From: Malacoraja senta
Lineage: Eukaryota
Length of the DNA: 64,000 nt
Direction: 5' to 3'
Assembly (NCBI GenBank): GCA_038087875.1
Contig: CM075987.1
Coordinates: forward strand, 12,710,001 to 12,774,000
Under the pieces are notes generated by a model that worked only from the letters and a program-made list of their open reading frames with translations, was not told the DNA's origin and ran no database searches. Each line of letters opens with the position of its first letter. Position 1 is the stretch's first letter. This document shows positions 50,136 to 62,590 of the stretch, piece by piece. Made by a program: the position numbers and the translations under genes.

Positions 50136-51722
50136 CAGTGGTTCCCAACCTTTTTTAGCTCATGGCCCCCTTGGGATCTTTAATTTTTCTGTGCCCCACC
50201 CCCCCCTGACATTATTAGTGGAAAAAAAGTACTAAATATTATAATACCTTCCATAAAAATATCAGAGTCTATTAATTGCACATATATTCTCTTTTATTCT
50301 ATTCCACAAACATCAAAAATATTTTGTGGTAAAACAACCATTTATAATCATACATTATTTTTCTGATATAGCAGCATGACGAAAAACTTCCATGGATACC
50401 CAGAAAATTAATAACCTTTAGAAAATGATTACTTTTTGACTTCAAAAAATAAAATCCTTTAGCAAAATAAAAACAAATATATCATATTAGCTTTTTACTG
50501 TATTTATTCAGTGAGATCCTTGTGGCTGATGGAGTTTCACAAGTTTTTCAATGTCAGGGTCCATGGTTGTTAGAGACAGACGAAGATCACCTCTACTTAC
50601 AATTTCTAAGCGGTTGCGAGCTTTTGATAATAGCTGAGACACTCGGCTAAAACCTGACTCAACTAGGTAAGACGTTGGAAAGGCAATGAAATATAATTTT
50701 ACTTCCTGCCAGAGCAATGGGAATTTCACTACTTGTCCATAAGTTATTGAGGCCATGTTTAAATTTAGCTTGAGCAATTTGATTACTCTGCAACTCAATG
50801 AGGCTTTCTTGCAGTTTGATATCAACATCAGCTGCATCTGTCTCAAATGGGCGCACGCAGCGTCTCGACGGGCGTAAGCAGCGTCTCGACGGGCGTACGC
50901 AGCGTCTTGACGGCGTACGCAGCGTCTTGACGGCAACGGCCTGTCGGCCCGCAGGCGCATTGAGGGCGTGCGTACGCAGCGTCTCGACGGGCGTACGCCT
51001 AGCGCGTGGCGTTGCGCGATGACGTCAGGCCGTCCCCTCCCCTTGCAACCGCGCGTTGCGGGAACAGACCCAACGGGTCTGCACTTGGTCTAGTATTTTA
51101 TAAATATCATGCTTAGGGTTTCTGTATATTATTAGGTTTTTTATGATGAATGAGAAGATACTCACCAAAATCAAAAACAATGCTGCACACAAACAAGATT
51201 GTCACGGAGCAGAAATGGTGGTGCAAGTTGGAACATGGATACTGACTGACTGATTTAGCAACATTCATCTGGCGTCGCAACTGCAACGGTCATTGGTGCC
51301 GTGGAACATGGATACGACACTGCCAAGCATATAACTAATAAATCATTACAACGTTGTTGTACGTCGAAGGGAAAGAAACTCAATGTTTTGTGATTAGTAA
51401 CTCGTAAATAGTTGCTAGTCACTAGATTGACAGATTATGGAGAGCTACATATAGTCAAATATGCCATATTGTCAAAGAGGCCGAAAATTAGATAATTTTC
51501 GAATTACTATGATAATTTTATAAGAAAATGAAAATAATTTCATAAATAAAATTCAAAAATATATTTCAACTACATAGATTTAAATTTATTAGAACTGAAA
51601 TTTAGGAGGCAACAGGGTGGTAGCTCTGTGGCCCCCTTCATTGAACCTGTGGCCCCCCTAAATCCCAAAATTTTTCTGTGACCCCCCTGAAATTTGCCAT
51701 GGCCCCAGGTTGGGAATCACTG
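50136..51722 (-). mobile_element. hAT (Charlie/Buster-like) non-autonomous DNA transposon
   Basis: TIRs CAGTGGTTCCCAACCT / AGGTTGGGAATCACTG, 8-bp TSD CTCTAAAG (50128-50135 and 51723-51730). C-terminal transposase remnant FPTSYLVESGFS...RNRLEI...GDLRLSLTTMDPDIEKLVKLHQPQGSH at 50508-50850. Confidence 0.95.
50851..51093 (+). mobile_element. Helitron-like 3' fragment nested in the hAT element
   Basis: CpG-rich tandem units of about 21 bp (gcgtacgcagcgtctcgacgg), then hairpin CAGACCC-aac-GGGTCTG (51065-51081), then CTAG (51090-51093) followed by T. Confidence 0.7.
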
Positions 51723-53019
51723 CTCTAAAGTGCAATTGTATCTTCCCTATAGGGTGATGACCAGAACTGTACAAACAATGTTTTATAGCGTTGTAACATA
51801 ATCTCTCTGATCTTGTATTCCATGCCAGGCTAATGAAGGCAAGCATTGATAGGACACAAAAAGCTGGAGTAACTCTGGAGAGAAAGAATAGGGCTTTTCT
51901 CCAGAGATGCTGCCTGTTGCGCTGAGTTACTCCAGCTTTTTGTGTCTATCTTTGGTTTAAACCAGCATCTGCAGTTCCTTCCTACACATTTGATATTCCT
52001 TCTTCACCACCTTACTGACCTGTGCTGCCACCTTCAGGGATCCTTGGGTTTGTAAACCAAGGTTCCTCTGTCCACAGTATTCCTTAAGACCTTTCCTGTG
52101 CATATGTCCTACTTTTATTAATCCTCCCAAAGAGCATCACCTCAGACATCAGCATTAAATTCAATCAGCAATTACCAACTGATCATTATCATCCTGTAGC
52201 TTCCCCACTCTCAACAACAGCCACCAATTTTCATGTTATCTGCAACTTTACTAAATGTCCCTCCTATATTTATATCCAATTGCAATGTACATAACAACCT
52301 GCAAGGGTACCAATTCCAGTGGTACACTCCTGGTCACATGCTTACAATCACAATGCCAACCTTCTCCCATCAATCTCTACTTACCATGACCAATCATTAT
52401 TCTATAATGGATTAATTTGGATCAAATGGATCTAATTTGCCAACTTGAGCTTGGCTTAAATCTTCTGAATCGGTTTCCCACATGGGGCCTTGTCAACGGC
52501 CTAACTTACGTCCATGTAGTAACATCAACCTTACTGGCCTCATCTATACATTTTGTTACCTCTGAAAAACTCACCCAAATTGATCAAACAGAATTTGGAA
52601 ATATGGTGGGGAGTGTGGTGATGGAATTTGTTAATTGAAAGTTCTTTAATGGTAGCACAATATGTAAACAAGTTAGCCTTAAAAGGCAAAGATAGACACA
52701 AAAAGCTGGAGTAACTCAGCAGGACAGGCAGCATCTCTAGAGTGAAGAAATGGGTGATGTTTTTCTGGGAATGCCTTAAAAGGCATACCGCTTTCCTTGC
52801 TTTGTTAAAACAGAACATTATAGTTTGAACATTATATATGCAACACTCGTTGCATCTCAACCTGACTACTATTGTGGCTATTTCCAGTCACCAAATTACA
52901 GGCAAAATGTGGTTACATTGGCATGGGTGCAGAGGAGGATTATAAAGATGTTGCCACATTGGAAAACAATCATCTACTGAGGCTGGAGTTATTTTCCTTA
53001 GAACAGAGGAAACTGAGAG

Positions 53020-54960
53020 AAGACAGTGAACATAGAACAATACAGCTTAAGAACAGGCCCTCCCGCCCACAATGTTTGTGACAAACATGATGCCAAGCTA
53101 AACTAATCTCCCTGCCTATGTGCGATCCATATCTCTAATTTCCCTGCAAATCCATGTGCCTATCTAAAGGCCTCTTAAACGGTGCTATCGAATCTGCTTC
53201 CAACCATCATCAGCAATGCGTTCTCAGCACACACCATCCTCTGTGTATAAAACTCGCCACGTACATTTACTTTAAACATTTCCCCTTTAATATTAAAACT
53301 ATGCTCACTTTGGTATTTCTACCCAGGGATAAAGATTCCAACTATCTGCCCTAGCAATGCCTCTAATAATTTTATACTCAAATCGGGTCGCCTCACAGCC
53401 TACAAAACTCCAAAGAAAACAATCCAAGTTTGTCCAACATCTACATACAGCGTATAGCCCCTAATCTAAACAGCATTCTAGTAAGCCTCCTCCATGTCCT
53501 TCCTGTAAAAGGGGTGATCTATACCACCACATTACTCCAAATGCGGCCTAACTAAAGTTTTATAAAGCTGCAACATGACATCCTAACTTGACCAATAGCA
53601 TGTCATAAGCCTTCTTTACACTCTTTCTACTTCTGTTGTGACTTTCAGAGAGCTATGGACTTGGATCTCAAGATCCCTCTGTACATAAATGATGTTAAAT
53701 GTCTTGTCATTAACTGGTATACTTCCCCCTTACATTCTACCTCCAATTTCTTAGATTAAACTCCATCTGCCATTTCTCCGCCCATATCTGTAACTGATCT
53801 ATATCCCGCTGTATCTTTTAACAGCCTTACTCACTGTCTGCAACCCCACAAATTTTGGTGTTAACTAATAACTTACGAACCAATCCATCTGAATTTAGGT
53901 GCAGGTTGTTTATACATATCACAAACCACAGAGGTCCTACCACATATACCTGTGAAACACCACTGGTCACAGACCTCTAGCCACAATAACACCCCTCCAC
54001 TGCTTACCTCTGTCTTCTATAGGCAGGCCAGTACTGAATTGAAACTATCAAGTCACTGTGGATCCCCTGCATCTCAATCTTCTGGATTAGACTATTGCGA
54101 GGGACTTTTATCAAATGCCATTCGCTGCCCTACTGTCATCAATCACCTTTGTCATCTCCTAAAATTTGGAAGGCATGACATGCTTCGGACAAAGCCACTG
54201 AATGTCTCAAATTATCCCATTTCCTTCCAAATACGAGTACATCTTATCCTGAAGAATCCTCTGCAATAGCTTCACTGATGTGAGGTTTGCTGGTCTATAT
54301 TTTCCTGCATTATCTATATTTCCCTTCACAAACAAAGGAACAACAATGGCTACTCTCCAGTCCTCTGGGACCTCACATGCGTTTAGAAGGGATGCAAAGA
54401 TATTCATCAAGGCTCCTGCAATCTTCATTATTGCCTCTGTCAATAACCTGGTATAGATCCCATCAGGCTCTGGGGATTTATCCACCTCAATGCTCTTCAA
54501 TAGTCCCAATGCCTCCTCCTTCCTGATCTCAAACTGCCCTAGCATATTAGTATACCCCAGACTGATCTCACATCTCCTTGGTGAATAGTTGCAAAGTACT
54601 TATTTAGTACCTTGCCGACATCCTCTGACTCCAAGCATGAATTCCCTCCGTTATCTTTAAATAGTCTTACCATCTATCTGGTTACCCTCTTGTCTTCAAT
54701 GCATATGTATAAGGACTTGGGATATTCTTTAATCTGACATTTTGTCCATATAGGTTTTGCACTTAGAAAGTCCCAGTCAAGATTGAGGAAGCTAAAGTCA
54801 TACATCCACCAGAACAATCCTGTCACCTTTACATCTTTCCATAATCTATCTACATATCTGTTCCTCTATCTGATGCTGGCTATTGGGATAAGATGGCTAT
54901 AACATAATTCTATGCAATTGATTGCACCTTTCTTATTTTTGAGCTCTGCCCACATTGCCT
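53020..54960 (-). mobile_element. CR1 LINE, long decayed ORF2 fragment
   Basis: ORF 54207-54545 has KSPEPDGIY...VPEDWRVAIVVPLFVKG...YRPANLTSV (CR1 RT), with a CR1 3' end toward 53020. Confidence 0.9.
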
Positions 54961-55214
54961 CAATGTACTATTTTATAAACTGAGGTGTATAAAATTATGG
55001 CCTGGATAGAGTAAATTGGAATGATCTATTTTCCTTCACAGAGGGTGCATTGACATTTCTTTCAAGTGCATTTGATGACCGTGTGAATAGGTATTTGTCA
55101 TTGGCCAAAGTTTCATATTCCAACAATAATAACTTATCAATGATGAAATGAATGTAGGCACCCATCATTGACGGTGGGGAAAAAAATGCAATGAAAACCA
55201 CCACCACGTAAAGA

Positions 55215-55512
55215 TGCCAATCCCAACCAAGGAACAGCTACCACCTGGTCACAGGTGTGACTGGAAGACCTGGAAGTCCCTCAATAGGCTTCATACCGGG
55301 ATGGGCTGATGCAAGACCAATATGAGCAAATGGGGCTATGCAGATGCGGCAGACACAGAATGTGAATGTGGAACATCTGTACAAACCATGCCACACCTAC
55401 TAAGATACCCACTTCTTGGTGAACAATGCTGCCTGGAAGATCGAGCGGTGGCAAATGAAAAGGCTGTACACTGTGCAAGAGCCTGGCCGAACATTTGAAA
55501 CATAGACGAAGG
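55215..55512 (+). mobile_element. Vingi/Ingi-like LINE 3' end
   Basis: Own translation PIPTKEQLPPGHRCDWKTWKSLNRLHTGMG*CKTNMSKWGY...ECECGTSVQTMPHLLRYP...CARAWPNI* shows the LNRLxTG...KWG...CxCG...QTMxHL zinc-knuckle tail. Confidence 0.75.
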
Positions 55513-58500
55513 ACACAAATGAAAAATTGACTGTAGTGTCTTTCACTGTGGGAAATAACTCATTAATGACCAGAACAAACCTCACAGATCATACAAACAT
55601 ATCAATGACTGAAAAATACAGCCGCAACATAAGATGGTGACAGGGTAACAGGTGAAATAAGCCATTACCAGGCTGAGCCCACCTCTCTCTGTTTACAAGT
55701 GTATAACTGAATGACAGGGCATGTCAAACAAAAGCTGGTTCCAGAGCACAATCGAACACGGATGATTAAAAAACTGAACGGGGGACTGCAGCATATGTTT
55801 AAGTAGCAGTAACATCTGGTTCCAATGTGCTTATCAGAACTTGGACAGTGCTATATAAAACTCAAGAGGAAAGATGGACAGTTTGAGCAATTGTGGCTGT
55901 GCTCCAAATGGCATTGATCTCCCTGATACAGCAGCCCCCATCCCGTGCATTTCCAGCAACACATCAGACTGCATCCATCAGTCAGAGCTTGGTTATTTCC
56001 CAGGGTTGGACAAACTTCATGGTAATCAGTAAATTAACTCCTGCATCCTGTAAATTAACAACATCTGCACTTTCCCGTAACTGTCCACTTCCCATTTCCC
56101 ATTTCCGGATAGTGCCAAGCAAAATGTGGTCCAAGAGTTTTAAAAGGTAGTCACTATTATTTATATCAATCACCTTTGCCAGGTGACAATTTGATCGGAT
56201 TGAATTGTATTCTTTGGGAAGCTGAGCAGAGATATTTAGTGAGATGGTCTCATCCTTTCTAAGACTGATATTGTTCCCTGTGTAAGAGACCCAGCTTGCA
56301 TTTGGCTTGGGATCCGGAACTGAGATTAAGACATGGCCGGTGTAACCCAGTGCCTCAGAGGGTGTTGTTACTGAAAATTTGCACATTGGCTTTCAAATGA
56401 ATACAGTAAATATTGTTCTGTAAAATTTGATTATAACAAGGTATTGACATATGCGCATTATAGGATACACAATCCTAAACATACGTTCATTATCTTTCGC
56501 ACCGGTAAACATCAGAATATGCAACACTTTAAACTACAGAATATATTTCCTGTATATCAGTACATTTTTCTATAGCACACATACTGTTATAACATCCTTT
56601 ACAATGCAGAATATACGCAACGCAGATACATGTTATCTGAACACCATAGAATGTAGTTCATGGTGGTAGACACAAAAAGCTGGATAACTCAGCGGGTAAA
56701 GCAGCATCTCTGGAGAGAAGGAATGGGTGACATTTCGAGTCGAGACCCATCTTCAAATTAGTCGCGCTGAGTTACTCCAGCTTTTTGTGTCTACCTTCGA
56801 TTTAAACCAGCATCTGCATTTCTTTCTTACACATGTACAACCATGTTATACACATGCATATTAAATGATCCATAGCCCAAAACATTGCAGGTACTATATT
56901 CAATACGATACTGCACCATTGCATAAGATCTAGAACTCTATTATAGGACACACCAACATGTACAACTGAGAATTACTGTTATATTGCCGTGTACATGACA
57001 GGAAGATTTGCTTGACACCGAGTTGAGCAATGGATGTGTGCTACCATTTGTCTAGAAGAAATAAGGAGTTGTAACACCAAAATAAACTCTGCCTGGGGCA
57101 TCTGACACTTAAATGATAAAAGCCCCTTATAGAATTGTTGATCAACATGCTCCCTTATTATCAGGTTAAAAAGTCTCAGCTGCCGTCTCTCTGCAGTGAC
57201 TAACAATGCACTGGACCACTCTCACGCTTAACCAACCAATGTTTCTCTTCAGCAATACAGAGGCTGCCTATTGCAGCACTTTGAGAAATATCAGAGGCCA
57301 AATTGCTGAGTGTTGAGTCTAGATGAACCTCTCCCGCGGGCTGGAATGTGCCCTGTAGATGGAGACGACTGGCATCCATGTCCTGCCTGCCTTGTGGGAC
57401 CGCAGCCCATTTGCTTATTTAAACTTTCCTACCCTGCTTTAAGTTTCAAGGTTGGCCAGTTAGCTTGTGATGCCAGGTAGGAATTTCTTGCTGTTTCTCT
57501 AGCTAAATATATTTAGTTGAAAATAGATTTCAGAGAGTTCCCACACTGAAAATAACCTTCCACCACCACCACCCTTTGCTTCCTACCACATAGCCGATTC
57601 TGTATTCAGTTAATCTGGCTTTCCCTGGATCCTATGCAATCTAGCCTTCAAAAGCGAACTTATCAAAGAATGTTCAAGAAGGAACTGCAGATGCTGGAAA
57701 ATCAAAGGTAGACAAAAGTGCTGGAGAAACTCAGCGGGTGCGGCAGCATCTATGGAGCGAAGGAAATAGGCAACGTTTCGGGCCGAAACCCTTCTTCAGA
57801 ACTTATAAAAGACCTTGCGGAAGTCCACATAGACAACTTATATGGCCCAGCCCTCAACGATCATCTTGGTTACTTCTTCAAAAAAACGAATCAAATTTGT
57901 AAGACACGATGTCCCATGCACAATACCATGCAGGCTATTCCTTAATCAACCCTTGTCTTGCTCTTTGTTGCATGTCATTGCAGAGTTGAAAATGTCCCAA
58001 ACTGCAGTGAAGCGGAGTGATTTTGCCCAGATTTTTGGCTGTCCAACACCCACTGCAAATTGAAGCCTGATATTTCAGCAAAATCTTTAACTGATCTTTA
58101 ATTGAACCAGCATCTTCTTCATATGCAAATATGAATCAAGAACAACGTAAGACTACCAAACCTGGTCCAGCATTTAAGATGATCACTGGAACATCAACTC
58201 TGCAATTCCATCTATATACATGAACCTTTCATCCCTTTGCTGATCAGGTTTAGTAAGGAGGTCAATGGGGAAAATATGAGATTTTTGTGAAATGAATAAT
58301 GAAAAAACATATTCATATTTAAATAGAACAAGATTATACAATGCTGTGGTACAAAAGAATCAGAAATTCTAGTGAACGAGAAACCAAATGGTTGCAATGC
58401 AGGTAAAGGGTGTAATTAGGAAGATTGATGGGATTCTTACATGACTGAAAAAGTAAAAAGGTGTTGGTGCAACTTTACAGGGCATTGCTCCAGCAGCATG

Positions 58501-60489
58501 TGGAACACTGAAAAATCTTGGTCTCCGTATTTAAGACAAACCTTTTTTTATATTCATTTTCAGGATCAGGGCACATTTATTGCTCATCCCTAAATAAATA
58601 AAAATATTGTGCCTCCTCCTTGAACCACTGCAGATACTCTCACAGTGGGCAGAGTTGCAGAATTTAAACCCAGCAACAGTGAAGACTGGTGATATATTTC
58701 CAACTCGGGATGTCCATGAGTTGGAGGGACAGTTGCAGGCGTTCACATGCTCTGGCCGTCTCTGTCCTTCTTCGTGCAGAGATTGCAGATTTGGGTGGCA
58801 CTGTCAGAGTAGCCTAGGGTGAGTAACTGCAGTACATTTTGTAGATAGTGTATGCCGTGGCCAGCGCATGCCAGTGGCAAACGTTACAGATGTTTAGGAT
58901 AGTCAACAGAGTGCCAGTCAAGCGGACTGCGTTGTCCCGAATGGTACGGAGACTCTTGAGAGTTACTGGAGTTGCAATCGCCGAGGCAAGATTACTGTAT
59001 TCCAACACTGTCCTTTTGTTCTTTTTGCTTTTTTAATAATAGACACTTTGGTGACAGAAGGCATGTCATTTGCTGCAAAATGACCAAATTCTGACCAATT
59101 CAAGGTATTTATATGGATGGTGATGTGGAAACAAGGAACTGCAGATGTTGTTTTACAAAAAAAGATACAACGTGTTGGAATAATTCAGCCGGTCAGGCAG
59201 CATCTCTAAAGAACATGGATTGGTGATGTTTTAGGTCGGGACCCAGTCGAAAGAAGGGTCCGGACCCAAAATGTCACCTCTAAATCCCTCTGGCCCAATA
59301 CATCCATGCCGGCAAGGTGTCTACCTGAGCTGGTACCATTTGGCTCATAGATTCCTCTAAACCTTTCCTATCCATGTACCTGTAACTCTCAGGGTTCCAC
59401 GGGGTTCAGTGCTAAAAGCAGGATGGTCTGACAACTGTGACAGTCAATAGAGGGCAATCACAGAGCTGAGTGGATGCATTTTGTTTTAACTGAAGGACGG
59501 ACTGACACATCAGATAAAAGATTATAATAGGAAGTCAGTCGCAGGCCCTAAGTAAATGTGTGAAAGGGTGTATAAATGGAGGTGAGAACAGAATAAATTA
59601 AAGGATGCTTTGTTGGGCTCCACAGCTAAAATAATGAATGGGAGGAATCTGAGAAGGAGCTGATGGATGGATAGCTCAAGCCCTGAACTGAAGAATTTGA
59701 TGTACAAGGTGAAAGAGTTAATCAAACAGTATGTGTCTTGAGTCAATATTGTCAATGTTAGGATAGGCTGAATCACAGGCCTAAAGACTTAACAGTTTAA
59801 CAGTCTAATTCTCAAGCTGAATTTCTTGGGAGGCATGTTCAAATCCAACTAAGGGTTAAAAGCCAGAGTGCCAAAAGACCACAGTTGAAAGAGTTCCTGG
59901 GAGAATCGGTCTAGTTCTGAGCAAAGAGAAAGCAGATTGTGAAGTGAAAGAGTTAACTGAAAGAGATTCCATGTTCAGAAGAAGTAACTAAGAGAAGAAA
60001 TAACCAGGAGAATTAACTGGATAATCTAACATGATAGGAGTTAACAGGATTATCCAAATCCTGAATTTAAGTGGATAAAAGCCAATGGTCTGTTCCTACC
60101 AGACACTGTCAGCTGTGATACACATGAAACTATGTACGCATGCCTTATGCACGCCCACCTAAACAATTGCCAAAGTCAGAGCTGCACATGAGGCCAGACG
60201 AGGAACTTTAAGGACATGCTCTAAACATTAAGAAGGGTGATAGGAATCATGAACTGGAAGATATTAGCCTAAGACATCCTCTCTGGCAAGACTAGTGAGA
60301 GAGCACAACTGTTCTGGCTTGGAGACAGAAAAATGACAGACACAGATCTAAAAGAAACAATAGAAACACTCGTGGTCTCAACCTTCTGGCATTCACTATC
60401 TATGGTGTCTACTACTGAATGCAGTTTGGAGACTGGTATTTCCAGCTACCAAACACTTTCCTTCAGCCTCAACTCTGAGACTAACCTGT

Positions 60490-62225
60490 GTCAAGTACAT
60501 AATTCCCTGAAAGTGGCATAGCAGATAGTGAGGGTAGTGAAGTAGACGTTCGGAATGGGAGGGGGAGTTGAAGTGCTGTCGGAATGTGAGGGTAGTGAAG
60601 AGGCTTTTGGCACTCTGGCTTTCATCATTCAGGGAATTAAGTACAGAAGTTGGGCCATTATGTTACGCTTGTACAAGACGTTGGTGAGGAATATTGTGTT
60701 TGCTTTTGGTCATCCAGCTATAGGAGATGCCATCAATCTGGAAAGGGTCTAAAGAAGATTTACAGGATGTAGCCAGGACATGAGGGCCTAAGCTATAGGG
60801 AGAGCTTGAGCAAACTAGTTCTTAATTCCTTATAATGCAGGAGGCTGAAGGAGGCTGAAGGATAAAATCATGAGGGGAATAGATAGGGTGAATTCACCAA
60901 ATCTTTTTGCCATGATGAGGGAATCAAGAACTAAAGGCATATGTTTACGGTGAGAGAGGAAAGATTTAATAGGAACCAGAGAGTAGGTATGTTACAATAC
61001 TTACCTTCAGCGGCGCTGCAATTCTGCCACTGGCCGTGTGCGCGATTTTGGCGCCTTTGAGGGGGGGGGCGGGGTTAAAACGTGGGTTTCTCCTACCTTG
61101 TCCTGAATTATATTTCGTTGGAGTGCAAACGTTTGCTGAAGAATCGTTCCGACGGGCGTTTTGTGTATTTTTTATTTTTATTCGCCCGACAAGTTCAGCG
61201 CTGTAGTTATTTTAAAATCAGCTTCTAAAGCCTTCAACGCCGACAACGGGGACGGATTTCATGCACGGGACAGGTAAACGAAAGCAGTTTATTTTATGTA
61301 TAAAAGTGCTTTAATTCACATTTTAAAACGCGAAACGGTGATTCTTTTCCCCGAACTAACCGGCAGTATTTTTCATGCCGATACGGGGTTAAATTCACCG
61401 CAAATCAACGTTCCAAATGATCGCGTTCCAGAAAAACCCACTCGCAAGATGATTTAAATGCCCAGTAATTTACAGGTATTAAACATTAAATTCCTTCCAT
61501 TTGGCCTATAAATCCATGACAATGAGATTCAAAAATTATGTTATATTGTGAATTCTTGTGTGAATGTTATTTGGACACTTAGGCTATTTAAAAATGTTAA
61601 TCTATTCTTAAGAAATTGATAGATGTTTAGATCTAGTAATTGAATTTTGTAATTAGCTACAATTAGGTAACTAACTAATTATATGCTTTAATTTCATGTC
61701 ATCTAAGTAAGATTGTTTCATATTTGTTTCAGAATGCTTCAATCTATAATAACTGAAAATTTCTTTCAGTTCTCTTAATTTTTAAGAAAGTTATGGGCTT
61801 TTGACTGTCCTCGATCACAGCTTTTGTGTTAAGTCAATGGAAAAGCAATATGGAACAAGATGCTAATTTCCGAGTATGAAAATGGCCATAACTTTTTTAA
61901 TACTGAAGATATGAAAGTGAATTAGGTGTCAAATTAAACGTCTTTTTATGCTTTATCTGATGGGATAAATTACAGACTTGATTTCTTAAATCTCAAAATT
62001 TTGTAACATTGCTACAGAGAGGCAACATTTTCACGGGCAGTGGTGGGCAAATAGATTGAGCTACCAGAGGAAGTAGTTGACCCAGGTACGATAATGAGAT
62101 TTAAAAGAAATTTGGGCAGGTCCATGGATATGAAAGGTTTGCAGGGATATGGACCAAAAATGGATATTGACGAGTTGAGCCAAAGTATTCGTTTCCACGC
62201 TGTATGACTCTATGACTCTATAATC
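60490..62225 (+). mobile_element. CR1 3' fragment split by the TIR element at 60984-62014
   Basis: AFGTLAFIIQGIKYRSWAIMLRLYKTLVR, ending in a (atgactct)n tail at about 62204-62220. Confidence 0.85.
60984..62014. mobile_element. Non-autonomous TIR DNA transposon, 1031 bp, TAG...CTA ends, 7-bp TSD
   Basis: TIR TAGGTATGTTACAA / TTGTAACATTGCTA. CAGAGAG duplicated at 60977-60983 and 62015-62021. It interrupts a CR1 fragment that reads continuously once the insert is removed. Confidence 0.85.
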
Positions 62226-62398
62226 CCAAGTGCCATGCTGAAAGCATGAATTAGAGAGTGGTTCAGATCCTGAGCGACAGCATGTGGATGTGCAAAACTT
62301 GTATATGGACTGTGGCTTTCTAGAGGAATAAAATGAACCTGCAGAATTGATTGTTAAGCATGCAGTGGACTAAGAATGACGACTGTTGCGTAGATGAA

Positions 62399-62590
62399 GC
62401 TGTGGTCTGTAATACTGAGAAATTGTGTTCACAGAGTTGCGGTCTGTAATGCTGAGATAGGTTGTGTTCACAGGGCTGCGGGCAGTAGTAGTGAGATGGA
62501 TTGTGTTAGGAAAACTGCTGACTAAAATGTTGAGATGGATTGTGTTGATTGAATTGTGGGCAGTAGTGCTGAGACGGCAGCACAGAAACT
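62399..62590. repeat. Degenerate minisatellite, unit about 37-39 bp
   Basis: gctgtggtctgtaatactgagaaattgtgttcacaga / gttgcggtctgtaatgctgagataggttgtgttcacagg / gctgcgggcagtagtagtgagatggattgtgttagg. Confidence 0.7.

Noticed and set aside
50851-51000. Tandem units of about 21 bp resembling a CRISPR or iteron array
   Set aside because: No unique spacers, eukaryotic context, and part of a Helitron-like fragment.
55982-56386. 134-aa minus-strand ORF in unique intronic DNA
   Set aside because: No recognisable motif, no EXD3 similarity; a few ORFs of this length are expected by chance in six frames of 64 kb.
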